Of a DNA stretch of 49,395 nt, positions 1 through 9,198 are shown piece by piece. This stretch comes from an uncultured Bacilli bacterium (GTDB lineage: Bacteria > Bacillota_I > Bacilli_A > RF39 > UBA660). The notes beneath the pieces are model-generated. The model saw only the letters and a list, made by a program, of their open reading frames with translations. It was not told the origin of the DNA and ran no database searches. The stretch lies in NCBI GenBank assembly GCA_947594595.1, contig CANQEE010000001.1, positions 1 to 49,395 on the forward strand, in the 5' to 3' direction. Both the position numbers and the translations under genes were made by a program. Every line of letters starts with the position of its first letter. The first letter of the stretch is position 1.

Positions 1-1146
1 TGGATCCCAAGATATAGTTATACGATTAAGAGTGAAGATGGAGAGAATTACTATGGAAAGGGAGGAAATAGTAAAACAAATCCAGGAGAGATAGACATAA
101 AATTTATAGGAATCGAAGAAAAAGAGGGAGGAGAAGGAAGATATACCGGAAGTAATATAAGTGGATGGTATACCCCACCAGGATTCACCTTTGGAGGAAA
201 AGAGATAGCAGGAATCTGGGTAGGGAAGTTTGAGACAGGTACGAGTGATAGTTGTATACCGATAACAGGGTCAATTGATGAAAATTGTGATCAAATCAAT
301 TTAACAGTTCAAATCAAACCGAATATAACGAGCTGGAGAAGTATTCGAGTATCTACGATAGATTTAGTGTCAAGGAATTTAGTTAAGGAAAATAATATTT
401 ATGGATTTGATGGAAGTTATGATAGTCATGCAATGAAGAATAGTGAGTGGGCATTAGTATTATATTTAACACAAAGTAAATATGGAAAGTATGGGAACAC
501 ATTATATGAAGGAAGTAATAAAGAAATCTATATGAATAACTACAATCAATATATAACAGGATGTTCTTCAGGTTTACCAAGTGCAAGTTCAACAGGAAGT
601 TGTACATATCGATATGATGATTTAACGGACAGAGGAACGGGCCAAGGATATGGAGGAGCAGGAGCATCAACGACCGGAAACATTTATGGAATTTATGATA
701 TGAATGGAGGAGCCTGGGAATATGTAATGGGAAATTATAATCATTATTCGGGATATACCAGTGCGAGTTATGATGCAGAGACAGCAAAACAGATGGGAAG
801 GACAGATGGACAAGCAGTAGGAGTTTGGAACTCAGGCTACACAGGAATGTGTGGATTTGATGGTAAAGAATTTCAAGGACGAGAGTGGCCGGATGAGAAA
901 TATTACGACTTATATACAAGTAATAATTACAATACAGCTTGTGGAGGAAATGCGTGTAAAGGGCATGCAATGAACGAAGTTGCAAGGTGGTATACTGATT
1001 ATTCCAATATGGTGTCCTCTTGGTCACCATGGTTTAGTCGTGGCGGTAACTATTATAATGGTGCGGGCGCAGGTGTTTTCAGTTTCACTAACGCCTATGC
1101 TAGCTCAAGCAGTGACACCTCGTTTCGTATTGTTCTTGCTTCTTAA
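1..1146 (+). CDS. 5'-truncated secreted/surface protein with FGE-sulfatase (SUMF1)-like C-terminal domain
   Basis: Frame 1 is open from nt 1, with no stop before the ORF-track start at 367, so the CDS enters from upstream of the window. Blocks GGAWEYVMGN, WFSRGGNYYNGAGAGVFSF and SFRIVLAS resemble the GxxWEW / RGGSW / FR-V blocks of the formylglycine-generating-enzyme fold (recalled, not searched). Confidence 0.55.
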   Translation, partial: WIPRYSYTIKSEDGENYYGKGGNSKTNPGEIDIKFIGIEEKEGGEGRYTGSNISGWYTPPGFTFGGKEIAGIWVGKFETGTSDSCIPITGSIDENCDQINLTVQIKPNITSWRSIRVSTIDLVSRNLVKENNIYGFDGSYDSHAMKNSEWALVLYLTQSKYGKYGNTLYEGSNKEIYMNNYNQYITGCSSGLPSASSTGSCTYRYDDLTDRGTGQGYGGAGASTTGNIYGIYDMNGGAWEYVMGNYNHYSGYTSASYDAETAKQMGRTDGQAVGVWNSGYTGMCGFDGKEFQGREWPDEKYYDLYTSNNYNTACGGNACKGHAMNEVARWYTDYSNMVSSWSPWFSRGGNYYNGAGAGVFSFTNAYASSSSDTSFRIVLAS

Positions 1147-1216
1147 TATAAAAATTTAATAGAAAAACCCAAATTTGTGTTATACTAAAGATGTATAAGA
1201 ATAAGAGGGTGTATAC

Positions 1217-2890
1217 ATGATTGAAAATGTTAAAATAAAAGTAATGTTACATGATAAAGTAAAGAAAGCCATTGAAGTTCCTAAGGGGAGTACACTTTTA
1301 GAAATTAGTAAATCTTTTCAAGAAGAGTATTCATATCCAATATTACTTGCTAGCGTAAATGGTGTATATCGTGAGTTAAATTATCGAATTGAGGAAGATT
1401 CATTACTACTATTTTTTGATTTAACTTCTAGAGTTGGTTCAAGAACGCATATTGCGGGCCTTACTTTTTTACTTTTGAAGGCTGTTCAGGATTTATATGG
1501 AAAAAAGAGTAATATTTATATAGAACATTCTATTGATAAAGGTATTTATGTAAAGACAAATTTTTCACTGACAGAACAAAAAGTTAAAGAAATTAAAGAG
1601 GCAATGCACCAACTTGTCAAAAAAAATTTAGAAATAAAAAAAATGACAGTAGAAAGATTAGATGCCATTCGTTATTTTGAGCAAATTGGCGACTTTCCAA
1701 AAGCAAAAACTATGAATTATAATACAAATACTTATATTACACTGTATCGTCTTGAAAATATTTATAATTATTTTTATCATTATATGCCAGTTGAAACTTC
1801 ACTTTTAAAAGATTTTGATCTTACTTTTATTCATGAAAAAGGTTTGGTTTTACAATTTCCAACCGTTTATCAAACAGAAGAAATTACAAAATATAAACAT
1901 CATCCTCTTTTATTTCAAGTGTTTGAGGAAGCTAGTGATTTTGGAAAAAAACTTGAAATAGAAACACTTGCAGATTTAAATGAAATTGTTTCTAAAGGAA
2001 AAGTTGGAGAACTTATTCGAATGGATGAAACTCTTCAAAATAACAGACTTTTGGAAATTGCTAGAGAAATTGTTCATCAGAAAAGAAAAGTCAAGATTAT
2101 TCTTTTGGCAGGTCCTTCTTCCAGTGGAAAAACAACCACTACTAAGAAATTATGTATGTATCTTCAAAGTTTGGGCTATCATCCAAAAATGCTTTCTATG
2201 GATAACTATTTTGTAGAGCGAAAGGAAAATCCTAAATTACCTACAGGAGAATATGATTATGAAACATTTCAAGCCCTTGATGTTGCTCTTTTAGATGAAC
2301 AAATAGAAAAATTATTTAATGGGGAAGAAGTTTTAATTCCTACTTATAATTTTTTTACAGGGAAAAAGGAGTTTAAAGAAACTTTAAAATTAGAAGAAAA
2401 AGATATTCTTTTAATGGAGGGAATTCATGCCCTAAATGCTGAATTGTTAAAGAATATTCCTCGATCTTCTAAATATAAAATTTATTTGTCAGCTTTAACA
2501 GAGTTAAAAATCGATAATCATAATCGTTTTTCAACAACAGATAATCGTTTACTACGAAGAATGATACGAGATAATAGAACCAGGGGTTATAGTGTAGAAC
2601 AAACTCTTGCATCTTGGCCAAATGTAAGAAACGGAGAAGAGATAAATATCTTTCCTTATCAAGATGAAGCAGATGTTGTTTTTAATACAGAACTTATTTA
2701 TGAACTTGGTGTTTTAAAAACTTATGGAGAACCATTATTATATTCTGTTAAAGAAACTTCTCCTTATTATGAAGAAGCTAAGAGACTTTTAAATTTAATG
2801 CATCTTATTCTTCCAATTTCATCAGAGCAGATACCAGATGATTCTATCTTAAGAGAATTTGTTGGTGGAAGTTATTTTGATGCCAAATAA
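1217..2890 (+). CDS. uridine/nucleoside kinase family protein (PRK/UDK P-loop domain with long N-terminal extension)
   Basis: 557-aa ORF with SD AGAGGG 7 nt upstream. Walker A LLAGPSSSGKTTTTKKL is followed by SMDNYF and IPTYNF blocks typical of uridine kinase-like ATPases. The first ~290 aa are an additional domain. Confidence 0.7.
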   Translation: MIENVKIKVMLHDKVKKAIEVPKGSTLLEISKSFQEEYSYPILLASVNGVYRELNYRIEEDSLLLFFDLTSRVGSRTHIAGLTFLLLKAVQDLYGKKSNIYIEHSIDKGIYVKTNFSLTEQKVKEIKEAMHQLVKKNLEIKKMTVERLDAIRYFEQIGDFPKAKTMNYNTNTYITLYRLENIYNYFYHYMPVETSLLKDFDLTFIHEKGLVLQFPTVYQTEEITKYKHHPLLFQVFEEASDFGKKLEIETLADLNEIVSKGKVGELIRMDETLQNNRLLEIAREIVHQKRKVKIILLAGPSSSGKTTTTKKLCMYLQSLGYHPKMLSMDNYFVERKENPKLPTGEYDYETFQALDVALLDEQIEKLFNGEEVLIPTYNFFTGKKEFKETLKLEEKDILLMEGIHALNAELLKNIPRSSKYKIYLSALTELKIDNHNRFSTTDNRLLRRMIRDNRTRGYSVEQTLASWPNVRNGEEINIFPYQDEADVVFNTELIYELGVLKTYGEPLLYSVKETSPYYEEAKRLLNLMHLILPISSEQIPDDSILREFVGGSYFDAK

Positions 2891-2895
2891 TTGTC

Positions 2896-2933
2896 AACCA
2901 TTGTCGGAAGAATCGACAAGGTTCTTTTTTTTT
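2896..2933 (+). terminator. intrinsic terminator after the kinase gene
   Basis: AACCATTGTCG (2896-2906) pairs with CGACAAGGTT (2914-2923) with one bulge, followed by a T9 run (2925-2933). Confidence 0.8.
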
Positions 2934-2964
2934 GATATAGTTAAAATAGAAAGGAAAGTGACAT

Positions 2965-3975
2965 ATGATACGCGTTGCAATCAATGGATTTGGTAGAATT
3001 GGAAGACTTTTATTTCGCCTTTTAGAGGAAGAAAGTGAATTTGAAGTGGTGGCTGTCAATGATTTAACAGATCCAGAACAGCTAGCATATCTTCTAAAAT
3101 ATGATACTTCTCATGGAAGATATCGAGTCGATGAAATTTCTTTTACTGATAAGGAACTTGTTGTAGGAAATCATCATATTCTAGTTTTATCTGAGAAAGA
3201 TCCTGTCCAACTTCCATGGAAAGAACTTGCAATTGATTTGGTTTTGGAGTGTACAGGATTGTTTACTTCTAAAGAAAAAGCTCAAGCACATATTGATGCA
3301 GGTGCTAAAAAAGTTTTGATTTCAGCTCCTGCAAAAGGAGATTTGAAGACAATTGTTTATAATGTAAATCATGAAGATTTAGATGGAACAGAAGAAATTG
3401 TTTCAGCTGCTTCTTGTACGACTAATTGCCTTGCTCCAGTTTTAAAAGTATTAGATGATCAATTTGGTGTAAAGCAAGGATTTATGACTACTGTACATGC
3501 TTATACCAATGATCAAGCAACTTTAGATGTAGCTCATAAAAAAGGAATTTATGCAAGACGTGGAAGAGCAGCTAGTGCAAATATTATTCCGGCATCAACA
3601 GGAGCAGCTTCTGCTATTGGACAAGTTTTACCTAATTTAGAGGGAAAATTAGAAGGAACTGCTATGAGGGTTCCTGTCACAACAGGTTCTGTAATTGATT
3701 TGGTTTTAAAACTTAAGAAAACTGTAACTCAAGAAGAAGTAAATACAGCTTTGAAGGAAAACACTAATGAAACTCTAAAATATACGAAAGATCCAGTTGT
3801 CTCAAGTGACATAATAGGACAGCGTTGTGGTGCTTTGGTAGATGGATTACTAACCTCTATTTCTACCGTTGATGAAGAACAGCTTGTTAAAGTAGTAGCT
3901 TGGTATGATAATGAAATGGGCTATTCTACTCAAATGATGAGAACAGCAAAATATTGGGTGATGAAATCAAAATAG
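2965..3975 (+). CDS. gap: type I glyceraldehyde-3-phosphate dehydrogenase
   Basis: N-terminal INGFGRIGR Rossmann motif, catalytic SCTTNCLAP, and WYDNEMGYS near the C-terminus; 336 aa. Confidence 0.97.
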   Translation: MIRVAINGFGRIGRLLFRLLEEESEFEVVAVNDLTDPEQLAYLLKYDTSHGRYRVDEISFTDKELVVGNHHILVLSEKDPVQLPWKELAIDLVLECTGLFTSKEKAQAHIDAGAKKVLISAPAKGDLKTIVYNVNHEDLDGTEEIVSAASCTTNCLAPVLKVLDDQFGVKQGFMTTVHAYTNDQATLDVAHKKGIYARRGRAASANIIPASTGAASAIGQVLPNLEGKLEGTAMRVPVTTGSVIDLVLKLKKTVTQEEVNTALKENTNETLKYTKDPVVSSDIIGQRCGALVDGLLTSISTVDEEQLVKVVAWYDNEMGYSTQMMRTAKYWVMKSK

Positions 3976-4006
3976 AAACGCAAACAATATTCAATTTGCG
4001 TTTTTT
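3976..4006 (+). terminator. intrinsic terminator after gap
   Basis: Perfect 9-bp stem AAACGCAAA (3976-3984) / TTTGCGTTT (3995-4003) running into a T-run. Confidence 0.85.
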
Positions 4007-4007
4007 C

Positions 4008-4036
4008 TTGCCCCCAAAAGAAACTTATTGTATAAT
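4008..4036 (+). promoter_or_regulatory. sigma-A-type promoter for the HExxH protein-pgk operon
   Basis: TTGCCC (4008-4013), 17-nt spacer, TATAAT (4031-4036), 30 nt upstream of the ATG at 4066. Confidence 0.55.
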
Positions 4037-4065
4037 AAACTTCGTTTGAGAAAAGGGGGATTTTT

Positions 4066-5253
4066 ATGAAACCAAAGAAAGACCAATCTGTTTTAAAAGA
4101 TAATCAAAAAACTTCTTTATTATCCAGAGTTACCAAAAAAATTATGTTTTTTTCTCTTGTAGCAATCTTGATAATGTTGATCAAAGAGAAAAAAGATAAT
4201 GAGATTGTATTTTATGAGAATGATGTTTTTGAAAATAGAACTTTAACACTTAGCGAGAAAGAAATTGAAACGATTGAAGAAAATTTAAAAAAATTAGGTG
4301 TTCGCACCTTTGCAAAAGGGGAAACAGAAGATTTTATTCTTTTAAATGCACTGTATGAGAATGAAAATTTAACGGAAGAAGAAAGAAAGTATTTAACAAG
4401 GTACCATGCAATGATTGCAGATAATCCTTATTTAAATAGGGAATATGTTTATTATGTTCTTTCAAATTTAGATATTCAATATAAAGAAAATTCTTCTGAA
4501 CAAGAAGAAATTGTAGGTCGTTTTTTTAAAGATACACTTACTATTGAAAATTATGATTTTGAAGAATCTACTACCTCTCACGAAGTAACACATGCAATTC
4601 ATTCTAAGTATAGTAAATATTTACCTAATTTTTTTAAGGAAAGTGTTACAGAACTTCTTCGAAGTGAATATGGCTATGAAAGTGCAGATTTTTTAGGTTA
4701 CGCTTATTTTCCTTGTGTTCCTTTTGTTAAAGTGCTCTGTGAAATGGTAGGAGCTGATCCTGTTTTAAAAGCTTATACATTGGGGGATATGAATATTCTT
4801 TATAATGAAATGGCAAAGGTAGCAGGTAGCGTTGAGGAAGCAAAATCCTTTTTAATTGATTTTGAACGAGTTTCTCAACAGAGATATAGTTCGGGGCAAC
4901 CTGTACAAATGGAACCTGAAAAACAGGAAATGGATACAATTTATGAAAAGTATGCTAAGAAAGTTCTTGAAAGAGATGAAAAAGAAAATACTTGTCATTA
5001 TGAATTTTTAAAATATAATTGGAATCTTTTCACTACCATCTTTCAAGAAAAAGATTTTGAATTTTTTTATGGATTTTCAGATTTTGATAAGTATGAATTA
5101 CAAATTCTAGAAAATGGAATTGCAAGAAAAGCTTATTTCTCAAGTATACTCAAGGAAACTTGTGATCCTTGTTTTGATATGGACTTTGATCCTGAAATAG
5201 TCACTCCAAATCAAGACTTTGAGCAAAAAGTTTATGGAAAGAAAAGGGGATAA
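4066..5253 (+). CDS. membrane-anchored putative zinc metalloprotease-like protein (HExxH...E)
   Basis: SD AAGGGGGA upstream. N-terminal TM helix IMFFSLVAILIMLI. HEVTH at aa 172-176 (nt 4579-4593) with Glu196 20 residues after the second His, the same spacing as in thermolysin-type gluzincins. I recognise no other family signature. Confidence 0.6.
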   Translation: MKPKKDQSVLKDNQKTSLLSRVTKKIMFFSLVAILIMLIKEKKDNEIVFYENDVFENRTLTLSEKEIETIEENLKKLGVRTFAKGETEDFILLNALYENENLTEEERKYLTRYHAMIADNPYLNREYVYYVLSNLDIQYKENSSEQEEIVGRFFKDTLTIENYDFEESTTSHEVTHAIHSKYSKYLPNFFKESVTELLRSEYGYESADFLGYAYFPCVPFVKVLCEMVGADPVLKAYTLGDMNILYNEMAKVAGSVEEAKSFLIDFERVSQQRYSSGQPVQMEPEKQEMDTIYEKYAKKVLERDEKENTCHYEFLKYNWNLFTTIFQEKDFEFFYGFSDFDKYELQILENGIARKAYFSSILKETCDPCFDMDFDPEIVTPNQDFEQKVYGKKRG

Positions 5254-5312
5254 CTCTTTTTTTCTTTGAATAAAACGTGTATAATAAGATAAGAAAAGAA
5301 TGGAGGATTCCT

Positions 5313-6488
5313 ATGAAGACAATTAAAGAATTTGATTTGACTGGAAAAACGGTCTTGATTCGTTGTGACTTTAATGTTCCTATAGTAAAGGGAAAAATTA
5401 TAGATGATACAAGAATTAAATCAGCTTTAAAGACCATTCAATATGCATTATCAAAGAGTGCTAAAGTAGTTTTGCTATCCCATTTGGGAAAAGTCAAAGA
5501 AGAAAAAGATAAAGAAGGGAAAAGTCTTGCTCCTATTGCAAAAAGATTAGAAGAATTGTTGGGAAATACAGTTCAATTTTTATCTTCTATTGATCATGAA
5601 GAAGAAAAGAATAAGGTAGCTGCTTTAAAAGAAGGAGAAGTATTATTACTTGAAAATACTAGATTTGAAGATATTGATGGAAAAAAAGAAAGTGGAAATA
5701 GTAAAGAACTTTCCAAATTCTGGGCTAGTCTAGGAGAAGTATTTATCAATGATGCTTTTGCAACGATGCATAGAGCTCATGCTTCTACAGTGGGAATTGC
5801 TTCTTATTTACCAAGTGGAATAGGATTTTTAGTTGAGAAGGAAATTTTGGCTTTAAATTCTGTTTTTGATCCAGATAAACCATTTATTTTAATTTTAGGT
5901 GGTGCTAAAATCAAAGACAAAATAGGTGTCATTGAAAAATTTGCTTCTTGTTGTGATCACATTTTAATTGGAGGAGGAATGGCCTTTCCTTTTATAGAAG
6001 CAGAAGGATATGAAATTGGTGCTTCTATTAAAGAGGAAGAGTCAAAAACTTTTGTAGAAAATCTCATAAAAAAATATCCAGACAAACTGATTCTTCCTGT
6101 TGATTTTCAGACTATAAAGGAATGGAAAGATATGAAACCTACCGTAAAAGATCTTACAGAATTTGAACAAGAAGACATAGGAGTTGATATTGGTCCTCTT
6201 ACAATAGAATTATTTAAAAAATATTTGAAAAATGCAAAAACAGTATTATGGAATGGACCCTTAGGTGTTTATGAATTTTCTTCTTGTAAAAAAGGTACTA
6301 GAGAAATTTTAAATTTTTTAGCACAGGAAAATGAAACTATTAAAACTGTCGTTGGTGGAGGGGATACGGTTGCTTGTGCTATGGAAAATAAATTGGAAGG
6401 AAGACTTTATCATCTATCAACAGGAGGAGGAGCCACCCTTACTTATTTGGAGAATGAGACATTAGTAGGGCTTGATGCAATACAATAA
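5313..6488 (+). CDS. pgk: phosphoglycerate kinase
   Basis: MKTIKEFDLTGKTVLIRCDFNVP N-terminus and GGGDT...STGGGA C-terminal blocks. Start moved to ATG 5313 behind SD GGAGGA; the ORF-track start at 5277 has no SD. Confidence 0.96.
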   Translation: MKTIKEFDLTGKTVLIRCDFNVPIVKGKIIDDTRIKSALKTIQYALSKSAKVVLLSHLGKVKEEKDKEGKSLAPIAKRLEELLGNTVQFLSSIDHEEEKNKVAALKEGEVLLLENTRFEDIDGKKESGNSKELSKFWASLGEVFINDAFATMHRAHASTVGIASYLPSGIGFLVEKEILALNSVFDPDKPFILILGGAKIKDKIGVIEKFASCCDHILIGGGMAFPFIEAEGYEIGASIKEEESKTFVENLIKKYPDKLILPVDFQTIKEWKDMKPTVKDLTEFEQEDIGVDIGPLTIELFKKYLKNAKTVLWNGPLGVYEFSSCKKGTREILNFLAQENETIKTVVGGGDTVACAMENKLEGRLYHLSTGGGATLTYLENETLVGLDAIQ

Positions 6489-6956
6489 ATGGAACGAGTA
6501 GTAAAGATCAACCAACAAAATCAAGAACAGATCTTTCGTTTTTTCTCTTTTTGTAAAGAAAATGGAATTTCGAATTCTTTTTCATTTCTTCAGCAAGAAA
6601 CTGAGCAAGTAACCTTCGAAAAACAAGAAGTTTTTTGCCTTGAAAAAGAAGGAAAAATTGAAGAAGCCTGTATTATTGATATAGAATATGATTTAAAGAA
6701 AGCACAACTTCAAATTCTTACTAAAAAGATTGCATCCAAAGAAAAAAATCTTATTGCTCTTCTTGAAGGATGTCTTTCTAAACTTTTTACTGTAGATGAA
6801 ATGGAAGAAGTATTTATAAAAACCAAGAATGATTTTCTCTTTCTCTTTGATTTTGTTGAATATGATTGTATTCCAATGGGGCTTGATAAAAGGGGTGATT
6901 ATTGGTATTCTATAGAAAGGGAAAGGGTTAAAGAAGAGGCTAAGCAGAGAATATGA
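6489..6956 (+). CDS. hypothetical protein (155 aa), translationally coupled to pgk
   Basis: The ATG immediately follows the pgk TAA (6486-6488), and its stop overlaps the next ATG (ATGA at 6953-6956). No recognisable motif. Confidence 0.55.
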   Translation: MERVVKINQQNQEQIFRFFSFCKENGISNSFSFLQQETEQVTFEKQEVFCLEKEGKIEEACIIDIEYDLKKAQLQILTKKIASKEKNLIALLEGCLSKLFTVDEMEEVFIKTKNDFLFLFDFVEYDCIPMGLDKRGDYWYSIERERVKEEAKQRI

Positions 6957-7966
6957 AGAATATAAAACGCAATACATTGATTATATTTCTAGTTACTTTA
7001 ATCGTCTTATATTTTGCATTAAAGGATCATCTTTCTCAAGTTCTTTCCACTTTGTGGAAACTTGATTTAAAATATCTTTTTTTGGCTGTTCTTTTCTATA
7101 TCCTCTATTTATTTTTAAAAGCCCTTGTCAATTATATATCTATTAAAGAGAAGAAAAAAGTTACTTTATGGGAAGCTTTCAGACATACAATTATTACGCA
7201 ATTTTTTAACGGAATTACACCTTTTTCAACAGGTGGACAACCAATGGAAATATATATGCTTCATGAACATGGAATTCGACCTACAAGAGCTACCAATATT
7301 ATTATGCAAAATTTTATTTTTTACCAAGTTGCTCTTGTATTATTTGGTTTTTGTGCCGTTCTCTATAATCAGTGGAAAAATGTTTTAATCATAACTCCTT
7401 TTTTAAAAAGTCTTATTTGGATTGGATTTCTTATTAACATTGGAGTGGCCTTGTTTCTTTTCTTTGTAGCTGCTTCTAAAAAATTTACCAAAACTTTTGT
7501 TGGATTTCTTTTACGAATAGGGAAAAAATTACATTTTGTTAAAGATTTTGATCAACAAAAAAAAATATGGGAAGATAGATTGAATGATTTTCATAAATAT
7601 ACACAAGAATTGAAAGCTCATAAAAGTCTTTTTGTCTTTGGAGTCGTTGCTAATTTCCTTGCTCTTCTATGCTTTTATGCAATTCCTTTTTTCATAGTTT
7701 ATAGTCTTCATGATTTTACTTCTCTCCATTTTTTAGAAGCAATTACAGCTTCTGCATACGTACTTGTCATGGGTTCTTTTATTCCAATTCCTGGGGCATC
7801 TGGTGGAATTGAATATGGATTCGTACAACTTTTTGGAAAATTTATTCAGGGAAGTAATATGTCAGTAGTTTTATTAGTTTGGCGTTTCATTACTTATTAT
7901 TTAGGAATGATTCTAGGAGCTATTTGCTTTAACTTTCATCAAAGAAAAGGAGAGAGAAAAGAATGA
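6953..7966 (+). CDS. UPF0104 / lysylphosphatidylglycerol-synthase-TM-like (flippase-like) integral membrane protein
   Basis: 337 aa and about 8 hydrophobic helices. The FNGITPFSTGGQPMEIY and IPIPGASGGIEYGF motifs resemble the MprF-type flippase-like domain family (recalled). Confidence 0.7.
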   Translation: MKNIKRNTLIIFLVTLIVLYFALKDHLSQVLSTLWKLDLKYLFLAVLFYILYLFLKALVNYISIKEKKKVTLWEAFRHTIITQFFNGITPFSTGGQPMEIYMLHEHGIRPTRATNIIMQNFIFYQVALVLFGFCAVLYNQWKNVLIITPFLKSLIWIGFLINIGVALFLFFVAASKKFTKTFVGFLLRIGKKLHFVKDFDQQKKIWEDRLNDFHKYTQELKAHKSLFVFGVVANFLALLCFYAIPFFIVYSLHDFTSLHFLEAITASAYVLVMGSFIPIPGASGGIEYGFVQLFGKFIQGSNMSVVLLVWRFITYYLGMILGAICFNFHQRKGERKE

Positions 7967-9198
7967 GAATCGGATTGTTTACAGATAGTTATCCTCCCTT
8001 TATCAATGGAGTTTCTACCAGTGTTGAAATGTTAAAAAAAGCATTGGAACAAAAGGGACATACGGTTTATATTGTTACAGTGGGACAAAATGCTTTAAAA
8101 TATGAATATGATGAAAAAAATAAAGTTATGCGTATTCCAGGGGTTCCTATTGGAATTTATGATTATAGAATCAGTCGAATTTATCCTTTAAAAATTATCA
8201 ATCAAATGAAACAGTGGAAATTAGATATTATTCATTCTCATACAGAATTTGGAATTGGAATTTTTGCACGTCTTTTTGCTAAGCAAGAAAGTATTCCACT
8301 TGTTCATACTTATCATACAATGTATGAAGATTATACGCATTATATTACCAAAGGATATTTTGATAAATCTAGTAAAAAAATTGTTGAATATTTAACGATG
8401 TTTTATTGTGATAAAACAGCTTGTGAACTCATTGTTCCAACAGAGAAAACCTATCGTTTATTTAAAGAAAAATATCACTATGATAAACCCATCAACATTA
8501 TTCCTACAGGGATGGATGTGGAACGCTTTTTTAGAGAAAATATGGAAGTAAAAAAACTTACCTCTCTTCGAAAAACATTGCAAATAAAAGCAAATGATTT
8601 TGTGATTCTTTTTGTTGGGAGAATAGCAGAAGAAAAAAACATTCCTTTCCTATTAGAAACTTTTAAAAATTTATCGAAAGAGGCAAAAAATGCCAAACTT
8701 TATATTGTAGGAGATGGACCAGATAAAGAGAAATATGAAGAATTTGTTCTTTTAGAAAATCTCTCTTCTAAGATTGTCTTTTTAGGAAAAGTTCCATTTA
8801 ATGAAATGCCTTATTATTATAATCTTGCTGACTTGTTTGTAACAGCTTCGAAAACAGAAACTCAAGGACTTACGGTAATTGAAGCGATGGCCTCTTCTGT
8901 TCCAGTTTTTGCAATCAATGATGAAGCCTTCCGTTCTGTAATTATAGATGGACTAAATGGTAGAATTTTTGAAACGGAAGAAGAGTTGAAACGACAAATT
9001 TTAGAAGTTTACAAAGATAGAAAAAGCTTAGAAAAAATGAGTGTTCAAGCACGAATTCAAGCAGAACATTCTTCTCTTGCTCATTTTGCTGAAAGTGCAT
9101 TAGAAGTATATCATCGAGCTATTCAAACTTATAAAAAAAGAAAGAATTTTACTACAACTATTCTTCAAGTATTTAAGAAAGGAAAAGATGATAAATGA
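7963..9198 (+). CDS. GT4 glycosyltransferase, diacylglycerol glucosyltransferase (MGlcDAG synthase)-like
   Basis: N-terminus MRIGLFTDSYPPFINGVSTSV and the C-terminal ETQGLTVIEAMA block are typical of GT4 glycolipid synthases of the alMGS/CpoA/LafA type. The ATG overlaps the upstream stop (ATGA). Confidence 0.8.
   Translation: MRIGLFTDSYPPFINGVSTSVEMLKKALEQKGHTVYIVTVGQNALKYEYDEKNKVMRIPGVPIGIYDYRISRIYPLKIINQMKQWKLDIIHSHTEFGIGIFARLFAKQESIPLVHTYHTMYEDYTHYITKGYFDKSSKKIVEYLTMFYCDKTACELIVPTEKTYRLFKEKYHYDKPINIIPTGMDVERFFRENMEVKKLTSLRKTLQIKANDFVILFVGRIAEEKNIPFLLETFKNLSKEAKNAKLYIVGDGPDKEKYEEFVLLENLSSKIVFLGKVPFNEMPYYYNLADLFVTASKTETQGLTVIEAMASSVPVFAINDEAFRSVIIDGLNGRIFETEEELKRQILEVYKDRKSLEKMSVQARIQAEHSSLAHFAESALEVYHRAIQTYKKRKNFTTTILQVFKKGKDDK

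Noticed and set aside
2901-2919. Recurrence of TTGTCG/CGACAA (0A-box-like) motifs upstream of gap (2901-2919), spo0A (9893-9909) and in the rpsJ leader (14258-14266), considered as a shared Spo0A regulon signal.
   Set aside because: At this base composition, a 6-mer of this kind is expected roughly 15 times in 49 kb on both strands. Two of the three occurrences are simply terminator stems. Only the perfect TGTCGAA upstream of spo0A itself was kept, as a low-interest note.
5277-5312. ORF-track N-terminal extension of pgk. Analogous extensions occur at rplD (15490), rplX (19825), rpsN (20696), rplR (21903), the Cse60-like gene (35716), the plus-strand Fem gene (37383), the XRE gene (44579) and the surface protein (48327).
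   Set aside because: In each case a strong SD lies inside the extension, at proper spacing from an internal ATG that matches the conserved N-terminus. Several extensions also overlap the upstream gene.
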